NCBI GenBank assembly: GCA_002269645.1
Contig: NIVC01002275.1
Coordinates: 2,253-66,252 of the forward strand
Length of the DNA stretch: 64,000 nucleotides
From: Macrostomum lignano
Lineage: Eukaryota
Direction of reading: 5' to 3'
Shown: positions 40,001 through 50,706 of the stretch, piece after piece
How positions within the stretch are numbered: position 1 is the stretch's first letter
How the letters are laid out: every line of letters begins with the position of its first letter
The notes under the pieces: generated by a model
The model's database searches: none
The model's input: the letters and a program-made list of their open reading frames with translations, nothing else
What the model was told of the DNA's origin: nothing
Program-made: the position numbers and the translations under genes

Positions 40001-43000
40001 GCACCGGGACAATTGTAATTCGTAAATTGTTTAGTAGGCTGCGCAGCTCGTCTGATTGGTTGTAGCCTGAGGTGGGAAGGAAGATCGACGGCAGTTTAGG
40101 GGGGGGGGGTCAAGTGACCTCTCTGGTGCAATCCTAAACTCAAATATTTTTGTCGTCACTATCCTATATTCACAGATGATAACCGCTAGTTCAGAAGGGT
40201 CAAATGACCTCCAAAAAGCAGTTAATAATAAAGCTACTAATCTCTCTACACTACCTAATAATAGTCTCCGTTATTTCAGGGGGGTCCAATTGACCTCGCT
40301 AAAGCAGTTAAAAAAGAAGCAACTAATGTATCTTCACTACCCACTAGTGTCCGTTATTTAATGGGGGGTCAAATGACCTCCCTCAGCTGCAGTTAATAAT
40401 AAAGCTTCTAATCTATGTCTCTACACTATCCAACAACCAACTGGATTAGAAGGGGGGGTCAAGCGACCTTTTATTTTATTCTCACAGGCTAACATAATTG
40501 AATCTTAGGGGGGGGTCAAATCAAATGACCTCCACCGTAAACAAGCGCACGCACCTGCAGCCAAATGCCTAGCCAATCGTAACAAAACTTCGCCAGTTGC
40601 GCTCTCAAATTTGTTCAGCGTGCCAACAAGCAGAGCGCCTGGTAGGCTATTTTTAGCATCATCGTCATCGATTCGTCCGCACAGAGTTAGAGCGGTCACC
40701 CCATCTGCTAGACTGCGCACAGTCACCAGGCCAGGATACTGCCTAGCTAAATCTTTCGACTGCTGTCGATAATCGGCAATTGTTGGCAAAAATTCTGAAG
40801 CTAAATTGGCCTTCAAACTGAAATCCTGAGCTGCTGACCAATCGGCAAATGGGCGAATGCGTAGAGTCGCATTCAGCTGCACTGCCGCCTCGTCTGTGAC
40901 GGTCACGGTAGCTGAGTAGCTCGAGTACCTGCGGCCGGGTGGTTAATGTCCAGGTGATTAGTTCGGTGTCCGAAAACTTCATCTAAGGATCTGCCTAGCA
41001 ACTGAGGATCTGGGAGGCTGGCCCAGAAACTGACACTCTGGGAGGCTGGCCCAGCAACTGAGGATCTGGGAGGCTGGCCCAGCAACTGAGGATCTGGGAG
41101 GCTGGCCCAGCAACTGAGGATCTGGGAGGCTGGCCCAGCAACTGAGGATCTGGGAGGCTGGCCCAGCAACTGAGGATCTGGGAGGCTGGCCCAGCAACTG
41201 AGGATCTGGGAGGCTGGCCCAGCAACTGAGGATCTGGGAGGCTGGCCCAGCAACTGAGGATCTGGGAGGCTGGCCCAGCAACTGAGGATCTGGGAGGCTG
41301 GCCCAGCAACTGAGGATCTGGGAGGCTGGCCCAGCAACTGAGGATCTGAGAGGCTGGCCCAGCAACTGAGGATCAGGGAGGCTGGCCCAGCAAATGAGGA
41401 TCTGGAAGGCTGGCCCAGCAACTGAGGATCTGGGAGGCTGGCCCAGCAACTGAGGATCTGGGAGGCTGGCTTAGCAGCTGAGAATCTGGGAGGCTGGCTT
41501 AGCAGCTGAGGATCTGGGAGGCTGGCTTAGCAGCTGAGGATCTGGGAGGCTGGCCCAGAAACTGAGGAACTGGGAGGCTGGCCCAGAAACTGAGGAACTG
41601 GGAGGCTGGCTTAGCAGCTGAGGATCTGGGAGGCTGGCTTAGCAGCTGAGGATCTGGGAGGCTGGCCCAGAAACTGAGGAACTGGGAGGCTGGCCCAGAA
41701 ACTGAGGAACTGGGAGGCTGGCCCAGAAACTGAGGAACTGGGAGGCTGGCCCAGAAACTGAGGAACTGGGAGGCTGGCCCAGAAACTGAGGAACTGGGAG
41801 GCTGGCTTAGCAGCTGAGGATCTGGGAGGCTGGCTTAGCAGCTGAGGATCTGGGAGGCTGGCCCAGAAACTGAGGAACTGGGAGGCTGGCCCAGAAACTG
41901 AGGAACTGGGAGGCTGGCCCAGAAACTGAGAATCTGGGAGGCTGGCCCAGAAACTGAGAATCTGGGAGGCTGGCTTAGCAGCTGAGGATCTGGGAGGCTG
42001 GCCCAGAAACTGAGGAACTGGGAGGCTGGCCCAGAAACTGAGGAACTGGGAGGCTGGCCCAGAAACTGAGGAACTGGGAGGCTGGCTTAGCAACTGAGGA
42101 ACTGGGAGGCTGGCTTGGCAACTGAGGATCTGGGAGGCTAGCTTAGCAGCTGAGGATCTGGGAGGCTGGTGGCTCAGCAACTGAGGATCTGGGAGGCTGG
42201 CCCAGCAACTGAGGATCTGGGAGGCTGGCCAAGCAACTGAGGATCTGAGAGACTGGCCCAGCAACTGAGGATCTGGGAGGCTGGCCCAGCAACTGAGGAT
42301 CTGGGAGGCTGGCCCAGCAACTGAGGATCTGGGAGGCTGGCCCAGCAACTGAGGATCTGGGAGGCTGGCCAAGCAACTGAGGATCTGAGAGACTGGCCCA
42401 GCAACTGAGGATCTGGGAGGCTGGCCAAGCAACTGAGGATCTGAGAGACTGGCCCAGCAACTAAGGACAGTTGAAGCCGGCCAAGCCCCAACAAACTCAC
42501 CCGCGCTTAACAAACCGCAGCGTGTACGACCCAGGAGCCAACAGTCTCCAATAGTCGCCATCCTGAGCAGTCAGCACAGCGTGATCAATGCCATCAACCA
42601 GGACGCTAACAGCAGACAAAGGTGCTCCAGTATCGAAGTCCAGCACGAATCCGCGGACGCCTTTGTGCACAGCTGACATGAACACTAACAGGGGGTAGAA
42701 ATTCTCAGACCAATACCTGGGCAGCTCGGCAGCGTAGGGATGCTTATTACAGCTGAGCTCTAGCGTCAGTTCAAAGCAGTTCGTATTCAGATAATTGTAG
42801 TCCTGCATGCCGCCGTACAGGCTGTACCACTGGGCCCCGTTAGTGATGCCGTCTGTGAATCGTTCTGTGAGGTAAGCTGGACATCTGTGCTGGCTGGTCA
42901 TCCGGGGGTGACTGCTGGAGTAGGCTCTGGCCAGCTGGCGAAATGTGGCATCGTCTGGAGCTCTGGAATTCACAGTGTTGCGACGCGATCGATCAATTAT

Positions 43001-46000
43001 GAAATCTGATGCCATATAGCATTGATCTGTTTGGGTATTATGGCTAATAAGTATTATAAAAATGTAATTTAACTTGATCATAAGGAACCAAGGACTACGT
43101 CATAAGGAATCCAAGAATCGGGTTATAAAAATTCAAGGATTGGGTCATAATTAGGAATCTAGGATTGAGTCACAATACGAGCTAATTCAAGGATTGGGTC
43201 ATGAAGAATCAAATATTGCGTCATAAGGAACCAAGGATTGGGTCATAAGAATTTAAGGATTGGGTCATAAGAATTCAAGGATTGGGTCATAAGAATTCAA
43301 GGATTGGGTCATAAAGAATCAAATATTGCGTCATAAGGAACCAAGGATTGCGTCATAAGGAATCCAAGAATAGGGTTATAAAATTCAAGGATTGGGTCAT
43401 AAGGAATCTAAGGATTGGATCATAAGAATTCTGGGAATGGAAATGAAGATTTTCTGTGTCATTCGAATTTAGGGATTGGATCATAGGGATTGTCTGATTA
43501 GGTTAAAAACGCTTTTACAAGATTGGTCATTGAGATTTTTTTACTGTTTTTTTACGACTACGGCCCGATTACATTCGTATTATAACAATCAAAGCATCGC
43601 AGCTTACTTAGAGTAGACGCTAGCGCCCTCCTTGGTGCCGTCGAACGGATAGTTTGCAACAACGGCGCCGCCGTGCAAATTAGCGCTGAGGACAAACGGC
43701 CATCTGAGTATGCGCGAAGGAAGTGAAATATAGAGTTTAAAAAGAAATGCTATTATGTCTCGCTTTTACATGTCGTCAAGGTCAATCGGAATTTCTTAAA
43801 GTCAAACAATCGGAATTTTCCAAAGTCAAACAATTAGGAGCTTTTAGGGTCAAACGATTGAATTTTTCAAAGTCAAACAATTAGGAGCTTTTAGGGTCAA
43901 ACGATTGAATTTTTCAAAGTCAAATAATCAGAACTTTTGAGGTCAAACAATCTGATGTTTTATAAGGTCAAAAAATTAATTTTTTTCAAGGTCAAACAGT
44001 TGAAATTTTTCAAGGTCAAATAATCGGCATTTTCCAAGGCCAAACAATCGGAATTTTACAAGGTCAAACAGTTGGAATTTTCCAAGGTCAAACAATTGGA
44101 ATTTTCTAAGGTCAAACAATCGGAATTTTACAAGGTCAAACAGTTGGAATTTTCCAAGGTCAAACAATCGGAATTTTACAAGGTCAAATGATCGGTACTT
44201 TTCAAGGTCAAACTATTGGAATTTATTTAAGGCCAAACAATTTTACTTTTTAAGGTCAAACAATCGGAATATTCCAAGGTCAAACAATTGGAATTTTCCA
44301 AGGTCAAACGCGGAAATTTCCAAGGTCAAACAATCGGGTTTCTCCAAAATTTTCTCAGGGTATTTCAGGGTATCTCAGATATCTCATCTCAGGTATTTCA
44401 GGGTATCTAAGAGTACTTATTTCTAAAAGCTCAGCAAAAACGAAACCCCCTAACCTGGCCAGCCAGGCGCGCACAGCCGCAGTCTCCGGCTGCTCCGGTT
44501 TCTCGTCCGGTTCGCCGGCGCGAAATTGATCGGGAAAATTTCTATTCAAATCGATGCCATTAGCGTTAGACCGGCCAATAACGCCGTTAGAATCGCCAGC
44601 ATGGGAACTCTCGTATCCGTCTGGGTTCATGCTGGGCATGATGTGCACCCGAGTGCTGGCCAGCAGATCTTTGACTAACGGAGTTCGGTCGTAATTGCGG
44701 CAAAGAAAATCGGCTAAATAAAGAAGCACTTCCCGGCTCACTACTTCGTTGCCGTGCATGTTGCCAACGTACTTGAATTCGGGTACGCCTGGCAACAGTG
44801 AAGTCAAGGTGGGGTGTGCATATATAAGTTGCGAGAATTTCCAATAAAACTTGAGGAACTTGGAAATTCGCCTATATCAAGATCAAATAAGTTTTTTAGT
44901 CCCTATCAAGGTCAAGCTATCTGAAAATCCCCATTGAAGTCAAGTTATTTGGAATTCCCCATCAAGATTGAGTTATTTGGAATTCCCCATCAAGATTGAG
45001 TTATTTGGAATTCCCCATCAAGATAGAGTTATTTGGAATTCCCCATCAAGATTGAGTTATTTGGAATTCCCCATCAAGATAGAGTTATTTGGAATTCCCC
45101 ATCAAGATAGAGTTATTTGGAATTCCCCATCAAAGTCAATTAATATGGAATTTCCTATCAAGGTCACGTTTTTTGGAATTCCCCACCAAGGTCAATTTTT
45201 GGAATTTCCCACCAAGGTTATTTTTTTGGAATTTCCTATCAAGGTCAAGTCATTTATAATTATCTAGATAGTTATTATCTATCAAGATTAATATAAAAAC
45301 TCAGTAGGCATATAAAAAATTTAATACTACTACATCGATCGACACTAGCTACCGATATGTATCGAACGGAAAAAAATAACCAACGGAGAAAAGGCACAAA
45401 CCTGGCCTATGCGATCCAGGCAACTGGCCGGAAAACTCAATAACCCACAGTTCTCGATTTTGAACAGATTTTCCAATCGAATAAAGGCGAGTCACGCTTG
45501 GACAAGCTGAATGAATTCTGTGCAGGTAGGCCGTCAGAGCGTCGTAATTATGGTGCCTGGAGGAAATCCGATTAGTAACGATTATTAAGTCAGTATTTGA
45601 ATATAATACTTAAATTTCGCATTACTGCCCATAGACAGAATTTCTGTTGGCCTCTCTTTAACTGTCTCTCCCTCTACCTGTCTCCCTCTACCTGTCTCCC
45701 TCTACCTGTCTCTCTCTACCTGTCTCTCCCTCTACCTGTCTCTCTCTATCTGTCTCTCTCTACCTGTCTCTCTCCCTCTACCTGTCTCTCTCCCTCTACC
45801 TGTCTCTCCCTCTGCCTGTCTCTCTCCCTCTACCTGTCTCTCTTCTACCTGTCTCTCCCTCTACCTGTCTCTCTCTACCTGTCTCTCTCTCTACCTGTCT
45901 CTCTCTACCTGTCTCTCCCTCTACCTGTCTCTCTCTACCTGTCTCTCTCTCTACCTGTCTCTCTTCTACCTGTCTCTCCCTCTGCCTGTCTCTCTCCCTC

Positions 46001-48451
46001 TACCTGTCTCTCTTCTACCTGTCTCTCCCTCTACCTGTCTCTCTCTACCTGACTCTCTCTACCTGTCTCTCCCTCTGCCTGTCTCTCTTCTACCTGTCTC
46101 TCTCTCTCTACCTGTCTCTCTCTACCTGTCTCTCTCTACCTGTCTCTCTCTATCTGTCTCTCTTCTACCTGTCTCTCCCTCTGCCTGTCTCTCTCCCTCT
46201 ACCTGTCCCTCTTCTACCTGTCTCTCCCTCTGCCTGTCTCTCTTCTACCTGTCTCTCTCCCTCTACCTGTCTCTCTCCCTCTACCTGTCATTCTCTACCT
46301 ACATCTCTATCTCTATAAAATAAAAAACAGTAAGCAAACTCACACAAGCGACTTGCTATCAACTGGAACATAGTCTTTGAACACTTTCCGTTCTCGATCT
46401 GATCGCATTTGATTTGTAAATTTGACAAGCCTCAATATTGGCGAAGATTCGTTCCGCGGGTACTGATCGCCGACACTAAGAATTGAGAAGGCGGATAAAA
46501 AACCTATCAGCAGCATAGCAACTAGTATGTCTCGTCAGCTAATATGTCATCGTTAGTACTCGTAATTCAAAAACATTTTAATTTGAAAATCAGACAAATG
46601 CTTATTATTAATTCATACTGAAGCATAGATAGTCGCTATACCAGTCATTCTCGTAATCTACTTTGTCATAATATTTAAAAAGCGAAGGACTTACAGACTC
46701 TAGATAAAGTCTGGTATAGTAGTACAATTATGGAAAACAACATATAAGCGAAACTCGATATCAGACAAATGCCTCATTGAAATTTCATAACTGGCACAAA
46801 CTGAAATTTGCACCTGTCAATCTCGTCATCTATTCTGTCATCATTAGCGAGTTTATATAAATACTAACTATTCCCTACATTAGAGTCTCGTTCTCAGACA
46901 AATGCCTCATTAAGATCACGGAGCAGACACTGATTATGCCTGTCAGTTCGTCATCTAAATTGTCATCACTGCTCACACAATGACCTAAAGCACTCTATGT
47001 ACTTGATAAGCTCATAAATCATATAAATCTAAGATATAAACTCAGGACTCAGGGCTCAGACAAATGCCTCATTAAATTTCACTAATTGGCACAAACTACT
47101 CGAGTTTGCACCTGTCAATCTCGTCATCTATTGTCATCACAGCGAGTCCGCATAGTCACTAACAATGTGCATTGAGCAATCAAGTCTGTAAGCCGGAATT
47201 AACATCCACCAGCAGCCAGGCAGCTCTGAAGTCAGCGACAGCTGCAGCGGTGTGCTGTTGCCAGCTGGGTTGCTCTGGCACCAGTATTAAACTTGACCGG
47301 GCTTGACAACTAATTGCATGGCAACTAGCACCCATTGGTCAAGGGATCAAATCTGGTGCCGTGTGCTTATCTGATTGCAGGGCAACTAGCACCCATTGGT
47401 CAAGGGATCAAATCTGGTGCCGTGTGTTTATCTGATTGCAGGGCAACTAGCACCCATTGGTCAAGGGATCAAATCTGGTGCCGTGTGCTTATCTGATTGT
47501 ATGGCAACTGGCACCCATTGGTCAAGGGATCAAATCTGGTGCCGTGTGCTTATCTGATTGCAGGGCAACTAGCACCCATTGGTCAAGGGATCAAATCTGG
47601 TGCCGTGTGCTTATCTGATTGCAGGGCAACTAGCACCCATTGGTCAATAGTCCATCAGTCCAGCTTATCTTTGACATTTGACATTATATTAAGAAAAGAC
47701 AAACTTTATTTCCAATGGGGGAACAAAAACAACTTCAGTTGTGCAGCTTCGCTCACCTGACGTCTCGACGCAATCTCAGTCTGTATTCATGGTCATCAGC
47801 CAGGACTCCCCAGTTGATAAACTGCCATTGCAAGTGATTAGTCAAATTAAACGCCCGATGCCTCGCTTTTAACGCGCCGCTTCGATAGCAATTGTCTATG
47901 GTAATGATGGATTTAACCTTGCAGCCATTGTCAGCCAGATTGTTAACCAACTGTTCAACTAACTCAGGCTGTCCGCTTAAATCTTTTTCGCAGGCAAGAA
48001 TTTGACATATTCGCTTCTTAGTTATGGATTCATAACCGACCAAGTCTAATTGACGCAATGCTTTTAAAACGTTTGTATTGTTGCTCCTAGTTGGTAGTAG
48101 AAATTCTGCAACAATTTTACTCCTTGTCGAGGTTGAAGATGGCAAATTAACAAAGTCTTTTAGTAGCATCAGTTGCTTAGCAACTGAACTAGCAGCAGCT
48201 TGACTAGTCGCTGCGTAGGTTAATATCAGCATTGGTTTGACTGACACCTGATCAGCGCTATCATCGCTGCTTGATAACCGATAAACATTAACACCTTCAA
48301 GGTTACTGATTGCGAATCTTGGCTGAGTTGTAACATTTTCAGCTAATAATAACGCCAGCTGGGATAGCCGCAACAACATAATTGTCAGCATTATAAGCCA
48401 TCGGTTGCCATGGAAACGGGAAAGACGATTGGCATTTGAATTTGGCAGCAT
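34042..48451 (-). CDS. CPD: Carboxypeptidase D-like (M14B) type-I membrane protein, ~1518 aa. Exons 48451-47757, 46475-46344, 45556-45402, 44788-44455, 43703-43608, 42962-42501, 40928-40555, 40066-39594, 38648-38534, 37841-37391, 36622-35938, 35191-34870, 34304-34042
   Basis: All 12 junctions are GT-AG and phase-consistent; the exons sum to 4557 nt. Domain I: [77 protein letters not shown]. Three transthyretin-like beta domains, two degenerate CP domains, a TM segment ([27 protein letters not shown]) and a tail with YSKV plus acidic NDPEEV. The first two exons are less certain than the rest. Confidence 0.9.
34350..34850. repeat. 23-bp intronic minisatellite (CTTTCAGTGCCCAATCAGCCTCA)
   Basis: Direct inspection. 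Confidence 0.93.
35390..35840. repeat. ~35-bp AT-rich intronic minisatellite (AATTAAGGGATTAACACCTGAATAATAGGATCACT)
   Basis: About 12 diverged units. Confidence 0.85.
36970..37335. repeat. Degenerate ~14-bp repeat (GAGGGGTCAATTA)
   Basis: Recurrent ggtcaattag motif. Confidence 0.7.
37975..38460. repeat. 28-bp family minisatellite (GGCTGGCCCAGCAACTGAGGATCTGGGA)
   Basis: Same unit as 40995-42470 and 48950-49920. Confidence 0.92.
38690..39562. repeat. ~20-bp minisatellite (GGGGATTCTATTGAGGATCT)
   Basis: Tandem units; shares the TGAGGATCTGGG core with the 28-bp family. Confidence 0.92.
40090..40530. repeat. Degenerate ~85-90-bp periodic repeat, each unit with a G-run plus the palindrome GGTCA-NN-TGACC
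   Basis: Motif at ~40108, 40198, 40283, 40367, 40457 and 40513. Confidence 0.65.
40995..42470. repeat. 28-bp family minisatellite, 1.5 kb
   Basis: Explains ORFs 40903 to 42174. Confidence 0.96.
43080..43440. repeat. ~22-bp minisatellite (AAGGATTGGGTCATAAGAATTC)
   Basis: Direct inspection. Confidence 0.8.
43780..44345. repeat. ~22-23-bp minisatellite (AAGGTCAAACAATCGGAATTTTC)
   Basis: Direct inspection. Confidence 0.85.
44860..45250. repeat. ~28-bp minisatellite (AGTTATTTGGAATTCCCCATCAAGATAG)
   Basis: Direct inspection. Confidence 0.85.
45660..46300. repeat. 16-18-bp CT-rich minisatellite (CTACCTGTCTCTCCCT)
   Basis: Direct inspection. Confidence 0.9.
46590..46672 (-). ncRNA. SNORD15: Degenerate U15/SNORD15-like box C/D snoRNA (probable pseudogene)
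   Basis: C box eroded to ATTATGA, D' guide TAGATTACGAG (1 mismatch to rRNA), D guide TAAGCATTTG-T-CTGA (mismatched); most similar to the copy at 53657. Confidence 0.6.
46761..46844 (-). ncRNA. SNORD15: U15/SNORD15-family box C/D snoRNA (28S rRNA Am and Gm guides)
   Basis: ATGATGA...TAGATGACGAG-A-TTGA...ATGAGGCATTTG-T-CTGA. The guides are complementary to the conserved LSU sequence CAAAUGCCUCGUCAUCUA. Terminal stem AAACTCG/CGAGTTT (46751-46757, 46848-46854). Confidence 0.9.
46894..46969 (-). ncRNA. SNORD15: U15/SNORD15-family snoRNA, D'-guide-shifted type
   Basis: GTGATGA...TTAGATGACGA-A-CTGA...GTGATCT...ATGAGGCATTTG-T-CTGA. Confidence 0.88.
47056..47140 (-). ncRNA. SNORD15: U15/SNORD15-family box C/D snoRNA
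   Basis: GTGATGA...TAGATGACGAG-A-TTGA, 10-bp internal stem GGTGCAAACT/AGTTTGTGCC, ATGAGGCATTTG-T-CTGA; flanking GGACTC/GAGTCC stem. Confidence 0.9.
47185..47312. other. GC-rich ~125-nt self-complementary element, duplicated at 52765-52890; candidate structured ncRNA
   Basis: Minus strand: AAGCC(C)GG/CCGGCTT closing stem followed by ACA, TTAATA/TGTTAA, TGCCAG/CTGGCA and CACCG..GCAGC/GCTGC..TGGTG. Identity not established. Confidence 0.3.
47315..47645. repeat. ~61-bp tandem repeat with internal hairpin (GCATGGCAACTAGCACCCATTGGTCAAGGGATCAAATCTGGTGCCGTGTGCTTATCTGATT)
   Basis: About 5.5 units; the same unit occurs at 52890-53545. Confidence 0.93.
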
Positions 48452-48949
48452 GTCTCCTTATGTATTACGATGCGTGCATGCAAAAAGCACTCTAGATGGA
48501 ATGTAGCTCGAAGATATTCTGAAATGTCAAAGTATAAAAAGTAATTGATAGTTCAGAAATTATCATTTTACAGACGAATAACTAACTAAATAATTTATCA
48601 ATATTACAGACATCTAATACTAAAAGCTAATGAGATATTTTTTAATTACTGACACCTGACACGTTTTTAAGGCACTCACTGACACCTAACACCCAACTTT
48701 ACAATTTAAATGTAAACCCAAAAAACATTATCTGTGCTATACTAAAACCGAAATCATTAGTAAATCAAACAAACCACCATTTAAACGATATGATATTAAA
48801 AAGGCGGCAAATGTTCTTTTACCCGATACAAATGGTATTTTATATTTATTCATAATAGGAAAGTATTAACAAGTCGTTAAAAAGTCGTTTGAGTAAGAGA
48901 AAAATGAACCTTGAAAACTATAATCATGGATTCATAATAATTTTTGCAA

Positions 48950-49920
48950 CACTGAGGATCTGGGAGGCTGGCCCAGCAACTGAGGATCTGGGAGGCTGGC
49001 ACAGCAACTGACACTCTGGGAGGCTGGCCCAGCAACTGACACTCTGGGAGGCTGGCCCAGCAACTGAGGATCTGTGAGACTGGCCCAGCGACTGAGGATC
49101 TGGGAGGCTGGCCCCGCAACTGAGGATCTGGGAGGCTGGCCCAGCAACTGGGGATCTGGGAGGCTGGCCCAGCAACTGAGGATCTGGGAGGCTGGCCCAG
49201 CAACTGAGGATCTGGGACGCTGGCCCAGCAACTGAGGATCTGGGAGGCTGGCCCAGCAACTGAGTATCTGGGAGGCTGGCCCAGCAACTGAGGATCTGGG
49301 AGGCTGGCCCAGCAACTGACATTCTGGGAGGCTGGCCCAGCAACTGACACTCTGGGAGGCTGGCCCAGCAACTGAGGATCTGGGAGGCTGGCCCAGCAAC
49401 TGAGGATCTGGGAGGCTGGCCAGCAACTGAGGATCTGGGAGGCTGGCCCAGCAACTGAGGATCTGGGAGGCTGGCCCAGCAACTGAGGATCTGGGAGGCT
49501 GGCCCAGCAACTGACACTCTGGGAGGCTGGCCCAGCAACTGACACTCTGGGAGGCTGGCCCAACAACTGACACTCTGGGAGGCTGGCCCAGCAACTGACA
49601 CTCTGGGAGGCTGGCCCAGCAACTGACACTCTGGGAGGCTGGCCCAGCAACTGACACTGAGAGGCTGGCCCAGCAACTGACACTGAGAGGCTGGCCCAGC
49701 AACTGACACTGAGAGGCTGGCCCAGCAACTGACACTGAGAGGCTGGCCCAGCAACTGACACTGAGAGGCTGGCCCAGCAACTGACACTGAGAGGCTAGCC
49801 CAGCAACTGACACTGAGAGGCTGGCCCAGCAACTGACACTGAGAGGCTGGCCCAGCAACTGACACTGAGAGGCTGGCCCAGCAACTGACACTGAGAGGCT
49901 GGCCCAGCAACTGAGGATCT
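48950..49920. repeat. 28-bp family minisatellite between the LEM gene and the CPD start
   Basis: Explains ORFs 48877, 48924 and 48932. Confidence 0.95.
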
Positions 49921-50706
49921 AGAAGAAATACATTTTGTTTTTCCGTTCAAAGACGTTCTAGTAGACTCCAAATGGATTTTAACTAATTTGCTGCAGATTG
50001 CATAATAACTATTACAAAATGGCGCAAGGCAAAAGTTTTAATATACGTAAATTCTGATCACTTTAGTACAAAAATACTTTAACTACTACTTGTTACTATT
50101 AGTAGTACGAGCATTACTAATTGATTTAAAGTATGCAAGCAATATAAACTGGGACAGCGAAGTTGCACCCGGCTAGAGAGAGTCATAAAATGCGGTAAGC
50201 AAAAACACCTACTGGATAATAATATTTAATAAATTGAACAAGTGAGTGGCAGAGGTACAAAAGGAGCAGTTTGTATACATAAATCTTTATTTAAAAAAAC
50301 TTTGCAAAGTAATGTTTGAAAAAAATTGACGGTGTTATTATAAATAAATGTGAATACAGCAACGGGTTACTAAAAAGAAATTACTGCCTTACTTCCATAC
50401 GACACACTTTTACAATAATAGAACTTACATGTATAGCCATGTTTATATTATAACTGAATAAATCACAGACTATATTCAACACAAAGACTATATTCCAACA
50501 CAAAGACCCTATTTAACACAAAGACCCTCTACAGCACAGACTCCACCCTAGTCAACACTAAGACCCTACTCAACACAAAGACCCAGGTTATATTCAAAGA
50601 AGTGCACCGGGAACCAGGGGAATTTAAAGTTCGCGCAGTTAAGTCAGGTCAATAAAAAACGGACACAACGAACATGATCAGGTAGACTGCGATGCAATCT
50701 CCGCAT

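Noticed and set aside
47185-47312. Hammerhead ribozyme or Y/vault/SRP RNA identity for the GC-rich element
   Set aside because: CTGAAGT does not match the CUGANGA core, there is no GAAA, and no diagnostic Y, vault or SRP motifs are present.
47315-47645. tRNA genes or tRNA-snoRNA dicistron in the 61-bp repeat
   Set aside because: Only an A-box-like 10-mer; no B box (GTTCRA) and no cloverleaf.
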